Origin: Candidatus Planktophila sp.
GTDB lineage: Bacteria > Actinomycetota > Actinomycetes > Nanopelagicales > Nanopelagicaceae
Direction of reading: 5' to 3'
Assembly: GCA_040402235.1 (NCBI GenBank)
Contig: JBBAMY010000004.1
Location: 6,070-70,069 of the forward strand
DNA length: 64,000 nucleotides
Shown here: positions 11,057 to 24,391 of the stretch, one piece after another
How positions within the stretch are numbered: position 1 is the stretch's first letter
How the letters are laid out: each line of letters opens with the position of its first letter
Position numbers and translations under genes: made by a program
Notes under the pieces: generated by a model
What the model saw: the letters and a program-made list of their open reading frames with translations, nothing else
Told to the model about the DNA's origin: nothing
Databases searched by the model: none

Positions 11057-13249
11057 CTACCCCCATCTAATGAGATTAAACCGACCTTTGGCTCTACGTA
11101 TAGTGAATTGATGATTTCGCACTTGAACTGCAATAGCGCCATCTGTATCTGTACGTACAACCTCTGAGCCGAGTCTAGCCAGCGCGTCCAGGGTTTGCAC
11201 CGCTGGGTGACCATAAGTATTGCCTGCCCCCACCGAAATTATTGAAATACGTGGGTGCAAAGTGGCCATGAAAGCTAGATCCTGGTACCTAGAACCGTGA
11301 TGAGAGACTTTATATATATCAACGGGGTCAACATCCTTAACTAGAATCTCCTGAACTGGTGGCTCTATGTCCCCACCTGCAAAGATTGAAAATTCATCAT
11401 TCGTAATCAAGGTGGCAATGCTGGAGTTATTTATTTGAGAGCCATCACCTGGCATTTCTGCAAAACTAGTTGCGCTCAAAGTGGGCCAAAGAACTTTAAT
11501 AGTTAGTGGCCCTAACTTGGAACTCATTCCCCGCACCGCCTTAATCATCTCAACGCCTTTTAAAGCCGATTGAGCCATAGCACTTTCAATTAATGGCGCT
11601 GAGTTAACACTGACCCAGACTTGTCTAACTGTGCGATTCTTTAATGCTCCCGGTAGTCCTGCAACGTGGTCTGCATGAAAGTGAGAAAGAATTAAAAGTG
11701 GAATCTCATTTATTCCGAGTGCTTTCAAGCAACGATCTTCAGCAACTGGATCTGGTCCAACATCTATAACTAAGCCCCGATGATTACCTAAATTAATCAC
11801 CATCGAATCGCCTTGGCCGATATCACAGTTTGCCACCTGCCAGTCCCCTCCTGGCCAACGTTGCAGCCAAGTAATGGATATGAGAACTACCAAGGTAAAG
11901 ATAATGATGTATTTGAACCATTTCTTTAGTAACCAAGAGATAAGGGTAAAGACAGCGACGATAAGGAAGCCAATTTTTCCTGTTCGCAAAGTTAAAACTG
12001 GAAAAGATGATGCCCAGTGCGCAATGAGAGCAATCGCCCCTGCAGGAAAGCGAATGAACCAGATCAATACTGTGGAAAGCAGAGGCGCAAAAGGTGAAAA
12101 AAGCGCTGCAACAAAGCCCACAATCGTGATGGGTGCGACAAAGGGTGCTGCCAATAAATTTGCAATAACGCTCATGGGAGCTAGATATCCAGAGAGTGCA
12201 ACGATGATAGGTGAGCAGAAAACTATTGCTGCTATTGGTGGCGATAAGGCTTGCGCCAGTTTTAGCGGCATATGTGTTGACAGCTTTTCAATGAGGACGG
12301 GCGCAAAAAGTAGAAGGCCCACAGTTGCTAGCACTGAGAGTGCAAAACCTGCATCACGCGCCTGCCATGGATCAACTATGACAACAGCGGCCATCGCAAA
12401 ACCAAGTGCTGGCAGTGAATCTCGGCCCCGCTTGGTGCCCTGTGCAACAAGTAGAACTGCAGCCATTGCTGCAGCTCGCAGTACTGATGGAGATGGTCGC
12501 ACCAGTGCAATAAATGCGATGAGAGATATCGCAGTTGCAGAAAGACGGAATTTCATTCTTGCGAATAGAAACTGCATCATCCATAAGACAAAAGCAGAAA
12601 CAAGTGCGAAGTTGGCACCGCTGACTGCAACTAAGTGGGTCAAACCAGAGCGTCTCATGGAGTTCTTGAAATCAGTGCTTTGTTTAGAAGTATCCCCCAA
12701 CACCATTCCAGGTATGAGGGCTCCAGCATCGCCCTCACCGGAGAGTGATCGAAGACCTAAACGAATTGCACCTAATGCGCTAGCCCAATGTGAAGGCTGT
12801 GTTTGAATGTCGATGTCATCTTTTATTACGACTAACGCCGCTACTCGGGCTTCTTTGCTGGCAACTATTCGCCCCTGGGCGCTAAATCTTTGTCCAGGCA
12901 AGAGTTTTGTCACGCTTTGATGTGCTGTCATCACACGTATTGGCACGCGTAGCTTGTAATGAATAGAACTATTATTTACCAAAACTGCACGAGCAATAAA
13001 TGAATAGTTGCCTGTACTGGTTTTACTTGGATCAGTAACTACTTCGGCTGTAACCGTTGCGCTTTGCATAAAGAATCTTGAAATCTGGCTATTTGCCAAA
13101 GATGCTTGGCGAATAGACATCACCGTTGAACCTAGAAGAAGTGCACAGATGATCACGCTAAAGCGTCCTTTTCGACTGATAAGGGAAACTGCTCCCATAG
13201 CTAATGCAACTATTGTGATTCGCCAGGGCGCAGTAGCACTTTGAAACAA
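11057..13249 (-). CDS. comEC: Competence DNA-uptake channel ComEC/Rec2 (start uncertain)
   Basis: GLTHLVAVSGAN, SPSVLRA competence domain; metallo-beta-lactamase DIGQGDS, SHFHADH, HHGS, NTYGHP. Confidence 0.93.
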   Translation of the reverse strand: MFQSATAPWRITIVALAMGAVSLISRKGRFSVIICALLLGSTVMSIRQASLANSQISRFFMQSATVTAEVVTDPSKTSTGNYSFIARAVLVNNSSIHYKLRVPIRVMTAHQSVTKLLPGQRFSAQGRIVASKEARVAALVVIKDDIDIQTQPSHWASALGAIRLGLRSLSGEGDAGALIPGMVLGDTSKQSTDFKNSMRRSGLTHLVAVSGANFALVSAFVLWMMQFLFARMKFRLSATAISLIAFIALVRPSPSVLRAAAMAAVLLVAQGTKRGRDSLPALGFAMAAVVIVDPWQARDAGFALSVLATVGLLLFAPVLIEKLSTHMPLKLAQALSPPIAAIVFCSPIIVALSGYLAPMSVIANLLAAPFVAPITIVGFVAALFSPFAPLLSTVLIWFIRFPAGAIALIAHWASSFPVLTLRTGKIGFLIVAVFTLISWLLKKWFKYIIIFTLVVLISITWLQRWPGGDWQVANCDIGQGDSMVINLGNHRGLVIDVGPDPVAEDRCLKALGINEIPLLILSHFHADHVAGLPGALKNRTVRQVWVSVNSAPLIESAMAQSALKGVEMIKAVRGMSSKLGPLTIKVLWPTLSATSFAEMPGDGSQINNSSIATLITNDEFSIFAGGDIEPPVQEILVKDVDPVDIYKVSHHGSRYQDLAFMATLHPRISIISVGAGNTYGHPAVQTLDALARLGSEVVRTDTDGAIAVQVRNHQFTIRRAKGRFNLIRWG

Positions 13250-13296
13250 CGCGCCTGCCCAGATTGCACCGCCCAGGGCAATGGCCCTGTAATCAC

Positions 13297-13905
13297 TTAA
13301 ACGCGGATTTTGCTTTTGATTTGCGCGAATTTTGCCGCACCGATTCCACTGACTTTTTGGAGATCTTCTATTGTTATGAAGGGACCATGTGTTTTTCTAT
13401 AGTCAACTATTCGGGCAGCAATGACCGGTCCAATTCCATCAAGTGAATCAAAATCACTCACAGTTGCACGATTGATATTAATTGGACCACTGCGCTTTGG
13501 TGAACTGACTCGAACACCTTTGCTATTTGTAATTGCAGCATCCACATAGATCTGTTCACCATCGGCTAAAACTCGGGCCAAATTTATAGTGCTCAAATCC
13601 GCTCCTGCTGCTGAACCTCCTGCGGCTTTGATTGCATCGATTACGCGTGAGCTAGCAGTGAGTGTGTAAACACCTGGGTTATTTACTGCCCCTGTTACAT
13701 CGACAAATATCTGTGGGGCTTGCACCTGCTCAACAACCACAGGAGGTGGTGTTATCTCATCAGTGTTACCTCTAATGACAATGAATATAGATAGAACAAC
13801 AACCACTGCTGACATTGCAAGTAGCGCGCGTTTTTGAATAGGGGTGAAATTAAGGTCAAACCACCATGTAACTAGTTTTTCAAAGATCTGTGAGAAATAT
13901 TCCAT
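13297..13905 (-). CDS. comEA: Competence DNA receptor ComEA
   Basis: N-terminal TM, SLBB (VTGAVNNPGVY), helix-hairpin-helix (ININRA, LDGIGP, VSGIG). Confidence 0.94.
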   Translation of the reverse strand: MEYFSQIFEKLVTWWFDLNFTPIQKRALLAMSAVVVVLSIFIVIRGNTDEITPPPVVVEQVQAPQIFVDVTGAVNNPGVYTLTASSRVIDAIKAAGGSAAGADLSTINLARVLADGEQIYVDAAITNSKGVRVSSPKRSGPININRATVSDFDSLDGIGPVIAARIVDYRKTHGPFITIEDLQKVSGIGAAKFAQIKSKIRV

Positions 13906-13965
13906 GCCCCAATGGTTCAGGGCATTGAAAAGCCAGTCTTAGAGCAGGTTAGAGGGTGTGGATAT

Positions 13966-14850
13966 TTACTTCTTAAGCCAGTAGTCGTTGATGTACTTCT
14001 CGCCCTCATCACAGAAGAAAGTAACGACATTTTCAACACCGTACTGCTCCTTCAATCTCTTTGCTGCGATCATGTGTGCTCCTGAAGATGGGCCTACGAA
14101 AATGCCATGCACTCTTGCTAAACGGCGCATCTCAGCAATTGACTCCTCTGAACCCACATCAATAACTCCATCTAATTCATGGTGGTGGCGGGTAACAATG
14201 CCTGGAATAAAGCCATCGGCAATACCTTCAATTAAATGCTTTGACACTTCTCCACACAAAATTGTGCAGGATTCAGATGGCTCTAGAGCAATAACTTTGC
14301 AGTTGGGGTTCGCAGCTTTGAAGGCTTGCCCCACACCAATAACTGTTCCGCCTGTTCCAACTCCACTAATGAGTAGATCTGGCAGTACTGGCATCTGTTG
14401 CAAGATCTCTTGACCTAACCACTGACGGTTCTCTTCCACGTTCCATTCATTATCAAATTGTTGTGGTGAGAAAAATCCTGGCATTGCACCGCGGCGACGT
14501 GCTTCTTCTAGCGCATCATTAACATGGAAATCTCCCATGGTGTGAACTTCAGCGCCAAATGCTTCCGAGATAGCTGTGCGCTCTGGACTCATTCCATCGG
14601 GCATGATTACTAACATTTTGTAACCCTTAACGGCTGCAACCATACTCATTGCATTTCCAGTATTGCCGCTACTTGCTTCAACGATTGTGTCGCCAGGCTT
14701 CAGCAAACCTTCTGCCTCTGCACGTTCAATCATATATTTTGCAATGCGCGCTTTAATAGAACCAGATGGGTTCATGAATTCCATCTTGACCCAAATGCCT
14801 TCAATATTTATTAAAGGCGTATTACCGATGGCATCTAGAATTGTCTTCAT
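13966..14850 (-). CDS. cysK: PLP-dependent cysteine synthase family protein
   Basis: NPSGSIK PLP lysine, EASSGNTG, GVGTGGT, GPSSGA; KAR instead of the usual KDR, so exact specificity uncertain. Confidence 0.75.
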   Translation of the reverse strand: MKTILDAIGNTPLINIEGIWVKMEFMNPSGSIKARIAKYMIERAEAEGLLKPGDTIVEASSGNTGNAMSMVAAVKGYKMLVIMPDGMSPERTAISEAFGAEVHTMGDFHVNDALEEARRRGAMPGFFSPQQFDNEWNVEENRQWLGQEILQQMPVLPDLLISGVGTGGTVIGVGQAFKAANPNCKVIALEPSESCTILCGEVSKHLIEGIADGFIPGIVTRHHHELDGVIDVGSEESIAEMRRLARVHGIFVGPSSGAHMIAAKRLKEQYGVENVVTFFCDEGEKYINDYWLKK

Positions 14851-14890
14851 TGACAGGGCCTTTCACATTGTGGAACTACTCGCGCGAGTA

Positions 14891-17374
14891 TTAAGCGACG
14901 ATATTAACTAGTTTTGGCGCGCGCGCAATGACCTTTTTCGGTGCGTTTGTGCCCAGTTCAGCAACAATTGTTGGATGTGCAAGGGCTAGCGCCTCAAGTT
15001 CTGCATCAGTAATCGTAGGTGATACTTCAATGCGCTCTTTAATCTTGCCGTTAATTTGAATAATAGCTTCCACGGAATCTGCCACAAGCAGTTTTGGATC
15101 CACCGCTGGCCAGCCGGCAAGTGCCACAGCAGGTTTGTGTCCTAAACGCTCCCACATCTCTTCTGCTGTAAATGGTGCAACGAGTGAGACCATGATTGCA
15201 ATAGCTTCAACGGCTTCGCGAGCTGCAGGATCTGCCGGCCCACAACCAGAATCAATCGCCTTACGCGTTGCATTTACTAGCTCCATTACACGAGCAACTG
15301 CAACGTTGAATCGGAATGACTCAACTGCAAAACCTGCATCATTTAAAGCTTTGTGTGTAGCTTTCCGAAGTGAGACATCTCCCTTAGAAAAATCTACTCC
15401 TGGGGCACTTGTTACATCTCCAGATAAACGCCAAGCACGCGTTAAGAATTTAACTGAACCAGATGGTGAAACATCAGACCAATCAACATCATCTTCTGGA
15501 GGGCCAGCAAAAACCATGGACAAACGAATTGCATCAACACCGTGCTTTTCAAGTTCATCAGAGAGTGCCACAAGGTTGCCACGACTCTTAGACATCGCAG
15601 AGCCATCCATAACAACCATTCCTTGGTTAAGCAAACGGGTAAATGGTTCATTGAAATTGACCATGCCCATGTCATTTAAAACCTTTGTAAAGAAGCGGCT
15701 ATAGAGAAGGTGCAGGATTGCATGAGTTACGCCGCCAACATATTGATCAACAGGCAACCAAGTTTCAATATCTTTCTTTAAAAATGGTTGATCGTGCACA
15801 GTAGATGATGGATAACGTAAGTAATACCACGATGAATCCACAAAAGTATCCATTGTGTCGGTATCTCGCTTTGATGCAGCCCCACACTTAGGACATGCAA
15901 CATTAACCCAATCACTTGCAGCACCCAGAGGTGATGTTCCCTTTGGCTTTAAATCTAAGCCTTTAGCATCTGGCAAAGTAAGTGGAAGTTGATCTGCTGG
16001 AACTGGAACTTCACCACATGATGGGCAGTGAATAATTGGAATAGGCGTTCCCCAATAACGCTGGCGAGAAACTAACCAATCGCGCAAACGGTAGTTACGG
16101 GCAGATTTTCCAAGACCATCTTTTTCAAGTTGGGTGTTAATGGCAGCGATCGCATCGGCCTTATTAAGACCATTGAGCGCGCCTGAATTAACTAGTTTTC
16201 CATCACCAGTTGTTGCGACTCCACTTGTATTGGGATCTTCTTCCCCAGTTTCAACAACAACAACTACAGGTAACCTAAATGCTTTGGCAAAATCTAAATC
16301 TCGCTGATCATGGGCTGGAACAGCCATGATTGCACCTGTGCCGTAATCAGCTAGAACATAATCACTGGCCCAGATCGCTAGCTTTGCACCATTGACTGGG
16401 TTAATGGCATAACGATTGAGAAACACACCGCTCTTAGGGCGATCTGTAGCTAGGCGATCAATATCGCTATCAGCCTTAATCTTTTCAAGGTAAGAATTGA
16501 ATTCTGCTTCAACACCTGTTCCAACGACTAACTCTGCAGCTAGTTCACTATCGGCAGCAACAACCATAAAAGTTGCGCCATACAAAGTATCTGGGCGAGT
16601 TGTATAAATAGTTACTGGCTCGGTGCGTCCCTCAATAACAAAAGAAACATTGGCACCAGTTGAGCGTCCAATCCAGTTGCGCTGCATCATTAAAACTTTT
16701 TCAGGCCATTTACCTTCTAGTTGAGCCATGTCATCAAGTAAACGATCGGCATAATCCGTAATCTTGAAATACCACTGATTTAACTTCTTCTTCGTAACAG
16801 CAGAATCACAGCGCTCACATAGTCCAGCAACAACTTGTTCATTAGCTAAAACAGTTTGGCATCCAGGACACCAGTTCACCGCCGAATCTTTTCGATAAGC
16901 AAGTCCGCGCTCGTGCAGCTTTAAAAATAACCATTGATTCCATTTATAGTATTCAGGATCGCATGTGTTAAACACACGATCCCAGTCAAAAGAACATGCA
17001 AAACGTCGCATCGACGCTTTTTGAACAGCAATGTTTTCATACGTCCAGATACGTGGATCAGAGTTGCGTTTGATTGCCGCATTTTCTGCGGGTAATCCAA
17101 AAGCATCCCAAGCTATTGGGTGCATAACGTTAAAACCTTTTTGAACCCAGTAGCGGGCAATCACATCACCTAAGGCATATGCCTCAGCATGACCCATGTG
17201 AAGATCACCGGAAGGGTAAGGAAACATATCCAAGACGTATTTCTTTTCACGTGTGTCATCGGGGCGACCGGATTTAAATGGTTGTACTTGATCCCAAATG
17301 GGCAGCCATTTTTCCTGCACGTAGGCAAAGTCGTATGCCGCGTGCTCGCGCTCGTCATTCACGTTCTTATTCAT
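14891..17374 (-). CDS. leuS: Leucyl-tRNA synthetase
   Basis: MFPYPSG, HMGH, AMSKS; the ORF-track start (17419) lies inside tRNA-Ala, so start is ATG 17374 or GTG 17362. Confidence 0.96.
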   Translation of the reverse strand: MNKNVNDEREHAAYDFAYVQEKWLPIWDQVQPFKSGRPDDTREKKYVLDMFPYPSGDLHMGHAEAYALGDVIARYWVQKGFNVMHPIAWDAFGLPAENAAIKRNSDPRIWTYENIAVQKASMRRFACSFDWDRVFNTCDPEYYKWNQWLFLKLHERGLAYRKDSAVNWCPGCQTVLANEQVVAGLCERCDSAVTKKKLNQWYFKITDYADRLLDDMAQLEGKWPEKVLMMQRNWIGRSTGANVSFVIEGRTEPVTIYTTRPDTLYGATFMVVAADSELAAELVVGTGVEAEFNSYLEKIKADSDIDRLATDRPKSGVFLNRYAINPVNGAKLAIWASDYVLADYGTGAIMAVPAHDQRDLDFAKAFRLPVVVVVETGEEDPNTSGVATTGDGKLVNSGALNGLNKADAIAAINTQLEKDGLGKSARNYRLRDWLVSRQRYWGTPIPIIHCPSCGEVPVPADQLPLTLPDAKGLDLKPKGTSPLGAASDWVNVACPKCGAASKRDTDTMDTFVDSSWYYLRYPSSTVHDQPFLKKDIETWLPVDQYVGGVTHAILHLLYSRFFTKVLNDMGMVNFNEPFTRLLNQGMVVMDGSAMSKSRGNLVALSDELEKHGVDAIRLSMVFAGPPEDDVDWSDVSPSGSVKFLTRAWRLSGDVTSAPGVDFSKGDVSLRKATHKALNDAGFAVESFRFNVAVARVMELVNATRKAIDSGCGPADPAAREAVEAIAIMVSLVAPFTAEEMWERLGHKPAVALAGWPAVDPKLLVADSVEAIIQINGKIKERIEVSPTITDAELEALALAHPTIVAELGTNAPKKVIARAPKLVNIVA

Positions 17375-17377
17375 ACG

Positions 17378-17450
17378 TGGAGCTAAGGGGATTTGAACCC
17401 CTGACCCCCTGCATGCCATGCAGGTGCGCTACCAGCTGCGCTATAGCCCC
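17378..17450 (-). tRNA. tRNA-Ala(GGC), CCA not encoded
   Basis: GGGGCTATAGCGCAGCTGGTAGCGCACCTGCATGGCATGCAGGGGGTCAGGGGTTCAAATCCCCTTAGCTCCA; G3:U70 pair, anticodon GGC. Confidence 0.97.
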
Positions 17451-17494
17451 ATTTACTTCAAGTGCAGACCTTACCGCATTCATCCACGGTGGTT

Positions 17495-18145
17495 TTAAAC
17501 GAAAGTTGCTCCACTTTCTTCGCCATAGACAGGTTCTGGAATAGATCCAGCGTTGTGTTCAACTAAATTCCACTGGCGGGGATTTCTTTGCAGGACTGAC
17601 CACGATGCATTTGAAAGTCCGCCTAAAACTCCCCAATGTGAAAGTGGAAGTTGTAGCAATTCTCCAAGAACGCATCTAGCGGTTCCACCATGTGTTGCAA
17701 CAACTAGGAGTTGCTCAGTCTTTCCTTCTAGCGTTTTCAAGATTTCACCTACTGCGCGCGATGCAACTTCACTGCGTCGCTCCCCTGTTGTGCCAGCTGG
17801 ACTATCATCGCCATCAATCCAGCGAATAAAATTATGAAAATCTTCTGTGCGATTTTGTGAACCAGTTTTCCCTTCCCACATACCACCATTAGTTTCGCGC
17901 AGTGATTCATGTGTACTAAAACTTAATCCAGTTAAATCTGCAAGAGTTTGCGCAGTTTCAATAGCTCGGCCTAAATCACTTGAAATAATCTGAGTTGGGT
18001 TCATTCCTGCTAAAACTTGTGCTGCTCGAGTTACTTGTACTTTTCCAACTTCGTTGAGCGGAATATCGGAGTGACCTTGAAATCGGTTGATCTTGTTCCA
18101 GTCTGTTTGTCCATGGCGCCAAATAACAATGCGATTACCTGCCAT
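17495..18145 (-). CDS. Histidine phosphatase family protein (GpgP-like position)
   Basis: WRHGQT, SSDLGRA, THGG motifs; follows rsfS as in other actinobacteria. Confidence 0.88.
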   Translation of the reverse strand: MAGNRIVIWRHGQTDWNKINRFQGHSDIPLNEVGKVQVTRAAQVLAGMNPTQIISSDLGRAIETAQTLADLTGLSFSTHESLRETNGGMWEGKTGSQNRTEDFHNFIRWIDGDDSPAGTTGERRSEVASRAVGEILKTLEGKTEQLLVVATHGGTARCVLGELLQLPLSHWGVLGGLSNASWSVLQRNPRQWNLVEHNAGSIPEPVYGEESGATFV

Positions 18146-18512
18146 TTAATGCAGCTTCCTTCACAGCATCTAGTTCAATCGTTGGGCAATCATTCCAAAG
18201 ACGATCAAGCATGTAGTACTTGCGAAGCTCAACGCTTTGAATGTGCACAACTAAATCTGAGTAATCAAGCAAAATCCATTCAGCGCCTTTTTCACGGCGT
18301 GCTGGCTTTTCTCCGATTCCTTGGAGCTTGCGTTCAACTTCATCAGCAATTGAATCAACTTGTGCTGAGTTCTGACCTGTTGCAATCAAAAAGACTTCGC
18401 TTAAAACTAACTGATCTGATAAATCAATAGCGATCAAATCCGTGCCAATCTTTTCGATAATGGCATGGGCGGCTACTTGGGTTATCTCGCGGGTTTTGCT
18501 ACTGATTGTCAT
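18135..18512 (-). CDS. rsfS: Ribosome silencing factor
   Basis: WILLDYSDLVVH, YYMLDRLW; start moved to ATG 18512. Confidence 0.93.
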   Translation of the reverse strand: MTISSKTREITQVAAHAIIEKIGTDLIAIDLSDQLVLSEVFLIATGQNSAQVDSIADEVERKLQGIGEKPARREKGAEWILLDYSDLVVHIQSVELRKYYMLDRLWNDCPTIELDAVKEAALNGR

Positions 18513-19050
18513 AGAGCCCATTCTCTCTTATAAATCCCGCCACAATTTCCGGCACGTCAGCGCTCAATCCCTGGCGAATTGTTGTTGCGGCGGCATCAAG
18601 GGCGCCAATATCAATTCCAGTTGCCGGATATCCAGGGCGATTAATGCAGATGACTGAGACCATTTTTTGTAGATCTTGAGCCCTATGCCATTGATCCATC
18701 TTTGAAAAAGCATCTGCTCCCACGATTAAATAAATCTGATCATCTGGAAAGGTCTGACTAATCGCTTCAACAGTATCGATCGCATAGCTTGGGCCTAGGC
18801 GCAGGATTTCAATGGGGTTAACGCGCACTTTATTCTTGATTTCTTCTGGCAGCGTTGAAACTGCTAACTCACACATCTTCCGGCGCTGTTCTCCACTCGC
18901 AGTTGGCTCGCAACTTCGAAGCAAAGGTTGACCAGCGGGAATAAGAAGTAGTTGATCAATGAGATCTTTTTTAAACAGTTGGGTGATTACGTGCAGATGA
19001 CCGCGGTGAATGGGGTCAAAGGTTCCGCCGTAAATTCCAACGCGGGACAA
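18499..19050 (-). CDS. nadD: Nicotinate-nucleotide adenylyltransferase
   Basis: GGTFDPIHRGH, SYAIDT, IVGAD motifs. Confidence 0.92.
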   Translation of the reverse strand: MSRVGIYGGTFDPIHRGHLHVITQLFKKDLIDQLLLIPAGQPLLRSCEPTASGEQRRKMCELAVSTLPEEIKNKVRVNPIEILRLGPSYAIDTVEAISQTFPDDQIYLIVGADAFSKMDQWHRAQDLQKMVSVICINRPGYPATGIDIGALDAAATTIRQGLSADVPEIVAGFIRENGLYDNQ

Positions 19051-19051
19051 A

Positions 19052-19174
19052 TTAGTCCCGGTCTAGGCGAAGAGTTAAATAGAGAAGAAGTGAGAGAACA
19101 GCAAAACCAATAATGCCAAAGGCATAAGGGGGCATTGGAAGTTCGCGCGCAGCCTCGTTTGCTAAGTTCATCAT
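19052..19174 (-). CDS. Small single-TM protein (40 aa) upstream of nadD
   Basis: Manual translation MMNLANEAARELPMPPYAFGIIGFAVLSLLLYLTLRLDRD; fills the ligA-nadD gap, TAGGAT 7 nt before ATG, stop 1 nt before the nadD start. Confidence 0.75.
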   Translation of the reverse strand: MMNLANEAARELPMPPYAFGIIGFAVLSLLLYLTLRLDRD

Positions 19175-19187
19175 GGTTGAAATCCTA

Positions 19188-22281
<3,094 letters not shown>

Positions 22282-22285
<4 letters not shown>

Positions 22286-23427
22286 GAAAGATTTGCCGCC
22301 CTTCCACGGGTAATTACATCAGGCAGTACTGACACCGCGAAATCCACGTCTGCACTTGTGCTGGTGGCACCGAATGAAAATCGCAATGAAGACTGTGCGC
22401 TGACTTCACTGTGTCCCATGGCAAGCAGAACATGGCTAGCTTCATGCACACCTGCGCTGCAGGCCGATCCTGTTGAACAGGAAATATGTTGGGCATCCAT
22501 AAGCAGTAACAACGTGTCACTTTGTGTTCCAGGAAAAGTGACATTTACGATTCCAGGTAAGCGATTTGATTTCACACCATTGATAATTACTTCAGGAAGG
22601 GCAGATGTTATTCCTGCAATAAAGGAGTCGCGCAGTGCACTTACGTTGTGCCCATCATAATATTTGCTTTTAGCAGCTGCAGCAAAAGCAACAATTGCCG
22701 GTGCATTTAAAGTTCCACTTCTAATTTCCCGCTCTTGTCCCCCGCCATGGAGTAATGCTGGGATTTCAACTGCTCGGCGCAAAATAAGTGCGCCAATTCC
22801 TAGAGGTCCTCCAACTTTATGGGCACTCAATGACATTGCATAAACGCCAAGACCGGCAAATGAAAGCGGGACTTTCTTAAAGCTTTGTGCAGCATCTGTG
22901 TGAACTGGAATCTCTCCAGCAATTTCAACAACCTTTGCAATCGGTTGAATCACTCCAGTTTCATTATTTGCATGCATGACACTAATGACAGCAATCTCAT
23001 TACCTCTGGCAGCAACTAAATGAGTGAGAAACTCAAGATCTATGACGCCATCAGCGTTAACTGGAATCTGAATAATTTCAGCGGCCTCATGCACCTCTAA
23101 CCAATGTGCTGGATCAAGAATTGCATGGTGCTCAATGGCACTGATTACTACAACGTGTTTGCCCTTATCGCGTCCTTGCCAATACAAACCTTTAAGCGCA
23201 GTATTATTAGCTTCAGTACCAGATGCAGTAAAGATGACTTCGCTAGGTAAGCAACCCACTTCTTTTGCAATTACTTCACGGGCATCTTCTAGAGTTTTTC
23301 GTGTTGCACGTCCATGTGTGTGCAAACTTGATGGATTTCCTAAGCGTGCTAACTGCCCAGTCATCGCAATTAAAGCTTCTTCAACCATGGGCGTTGTGGC
23401 CGCATGGTCTAGGTAGATAGAGGACAT
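22282..23427 (-). CDS. iscS: Cysteine desulfurase (IscS/NifS type)
   Basis: [23 protein letters not shown]; start moved to MSSIYLD (23427); coupled to mnmA. Confidence 0.9.
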
Positions 23428-23437
23428 AGGTCCAATC

Positions 23438-24391
23438 TTAGGCTTTGAGGGCTTTAACGCCTTCAGTGGCAGGAGGCAGCACGGCAAAGAGATCGCCCAC
23501 AACACCAAAATCAGCTAATTCAAAGAGTGGAGCTTCTGGATCTTTATTTACCACCACAATGTTCTTGCTTGTTTGCATGCCAGCGCGGTGCTGAATTGCC
23601 CCTGAGATTCCACATGCAACGTAGAGCTGTGGGCTAACAGTTTTTCCTGTTTGGCCTACTTGATGAGAATGTGGATACCAACCGGCATCAGTTGCAGCAC
23701 GTGATGCGCCAACGGCTGCGCCTAATGAATCTGCAAAAGCTTCAACCGATGCAAAATCTCCATTTGTTCCACGACCACCCGAAACAACAATGTCGGCTTC
23801 AGTTAACTCTGGACGACCACCCTTAACCGGAGGTTGCGAGGAGGTGATTGTTGCTTTTTTGGAGCCATCAGAGATCGGCACAGTTATGTTTTCAATTAAA
23901 GGTGTAGCTGGTGCAAAGTTTGCAGTTATGGTGTTAGGGCGCACGGTAATTATTGCTGTGCCTTCGTTGACCTTTGAGTGAACAGTTGTGGATCCACCAA
24001 AAACTAGCTGTGTGGCAGTGCAATCTGCCGCAACATCGACTGCATCGGTAATAATGCCAATCTTTAGCTTCATTGCCACGCGTCCAGCAACTTCTTTACC
24101 AAAGGCGTTTGAAACAACGAGAACTGCAGATGGAGCGCTTTGGCCGATCACATATGCGAGCGCATCGGCGCATGCTGCAACGCCATGCTTTGCAAAGTCA
24201 TCTGATTCAATCACAAGTACTTTTGTGACAGGTCCCTGGTTAATGGAGGCTGCATAAGCTGGACCTTTTCCGACAGGTGCTAAAACGAGTGCTGTTACTT
24301 CACCAATGACAGCGCCAGCAGTTGCTATCTCTACCGTTGACTTAGTCGCCTTTTCGCCAGCAAAATCAGCGAGAATTAATACAGTGCTCAT
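23438..24391 (-). CDS. etfA: Electron transfer flavoprotein alpha subunit
   Basis: [22 protein letters not shown]. Confidence 0.96.
   Translation of the reverse strand: MSTVLILADFAGEKATKSTVEIATAGAVIGEVTALVLAPVGKGPAYAASINQGPVTKVLVIESDDFAKHGVAACADALAYVIGQSAPSAVLVVSNAFGKEVAGRVAMKLKIGIITDAVDVAADCTATQLVFGGSTTVHSKVNEGTAIITVRPNTITANFAPATPLIENITVPISDGSKKATITSSQPPVKGGRPELTEADIVVSGGRGTNGDFASVEAFADSLGAAVGASRAATDAGWYPHSHQVGQTGKTVSPQLYVACGISGAIQHRAGMQTSKNIVVVNKDPEAPLFELADFGVVGDLFAVLPPATEGVKALKA

Noticed and set aside
11874-12806. 310-aa + strand ORF and many other 60-190 aa ORFs overlapping annotated genes
   Set aside because: Antisense or alternate-frame shadows of well-supported genes, with no recognisable motifs
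14877-14890. Perfect palindrome TACTCGCGCGAGTA between leuS and cysK
   Set aside because: TACT-N6-AGTA spacing differs from the N4 lipid motif, single copy, no loop or U-tract; function cannot be supported
17375-17419. ORF-track N-terminal extension of leuS (also those of holA, iscS, katG, cspA, ZIP, zur)
   Set aside because: They overlap a tRNA, neighbouring genes or promoter elements; downstream starts have better RBS or -10 support
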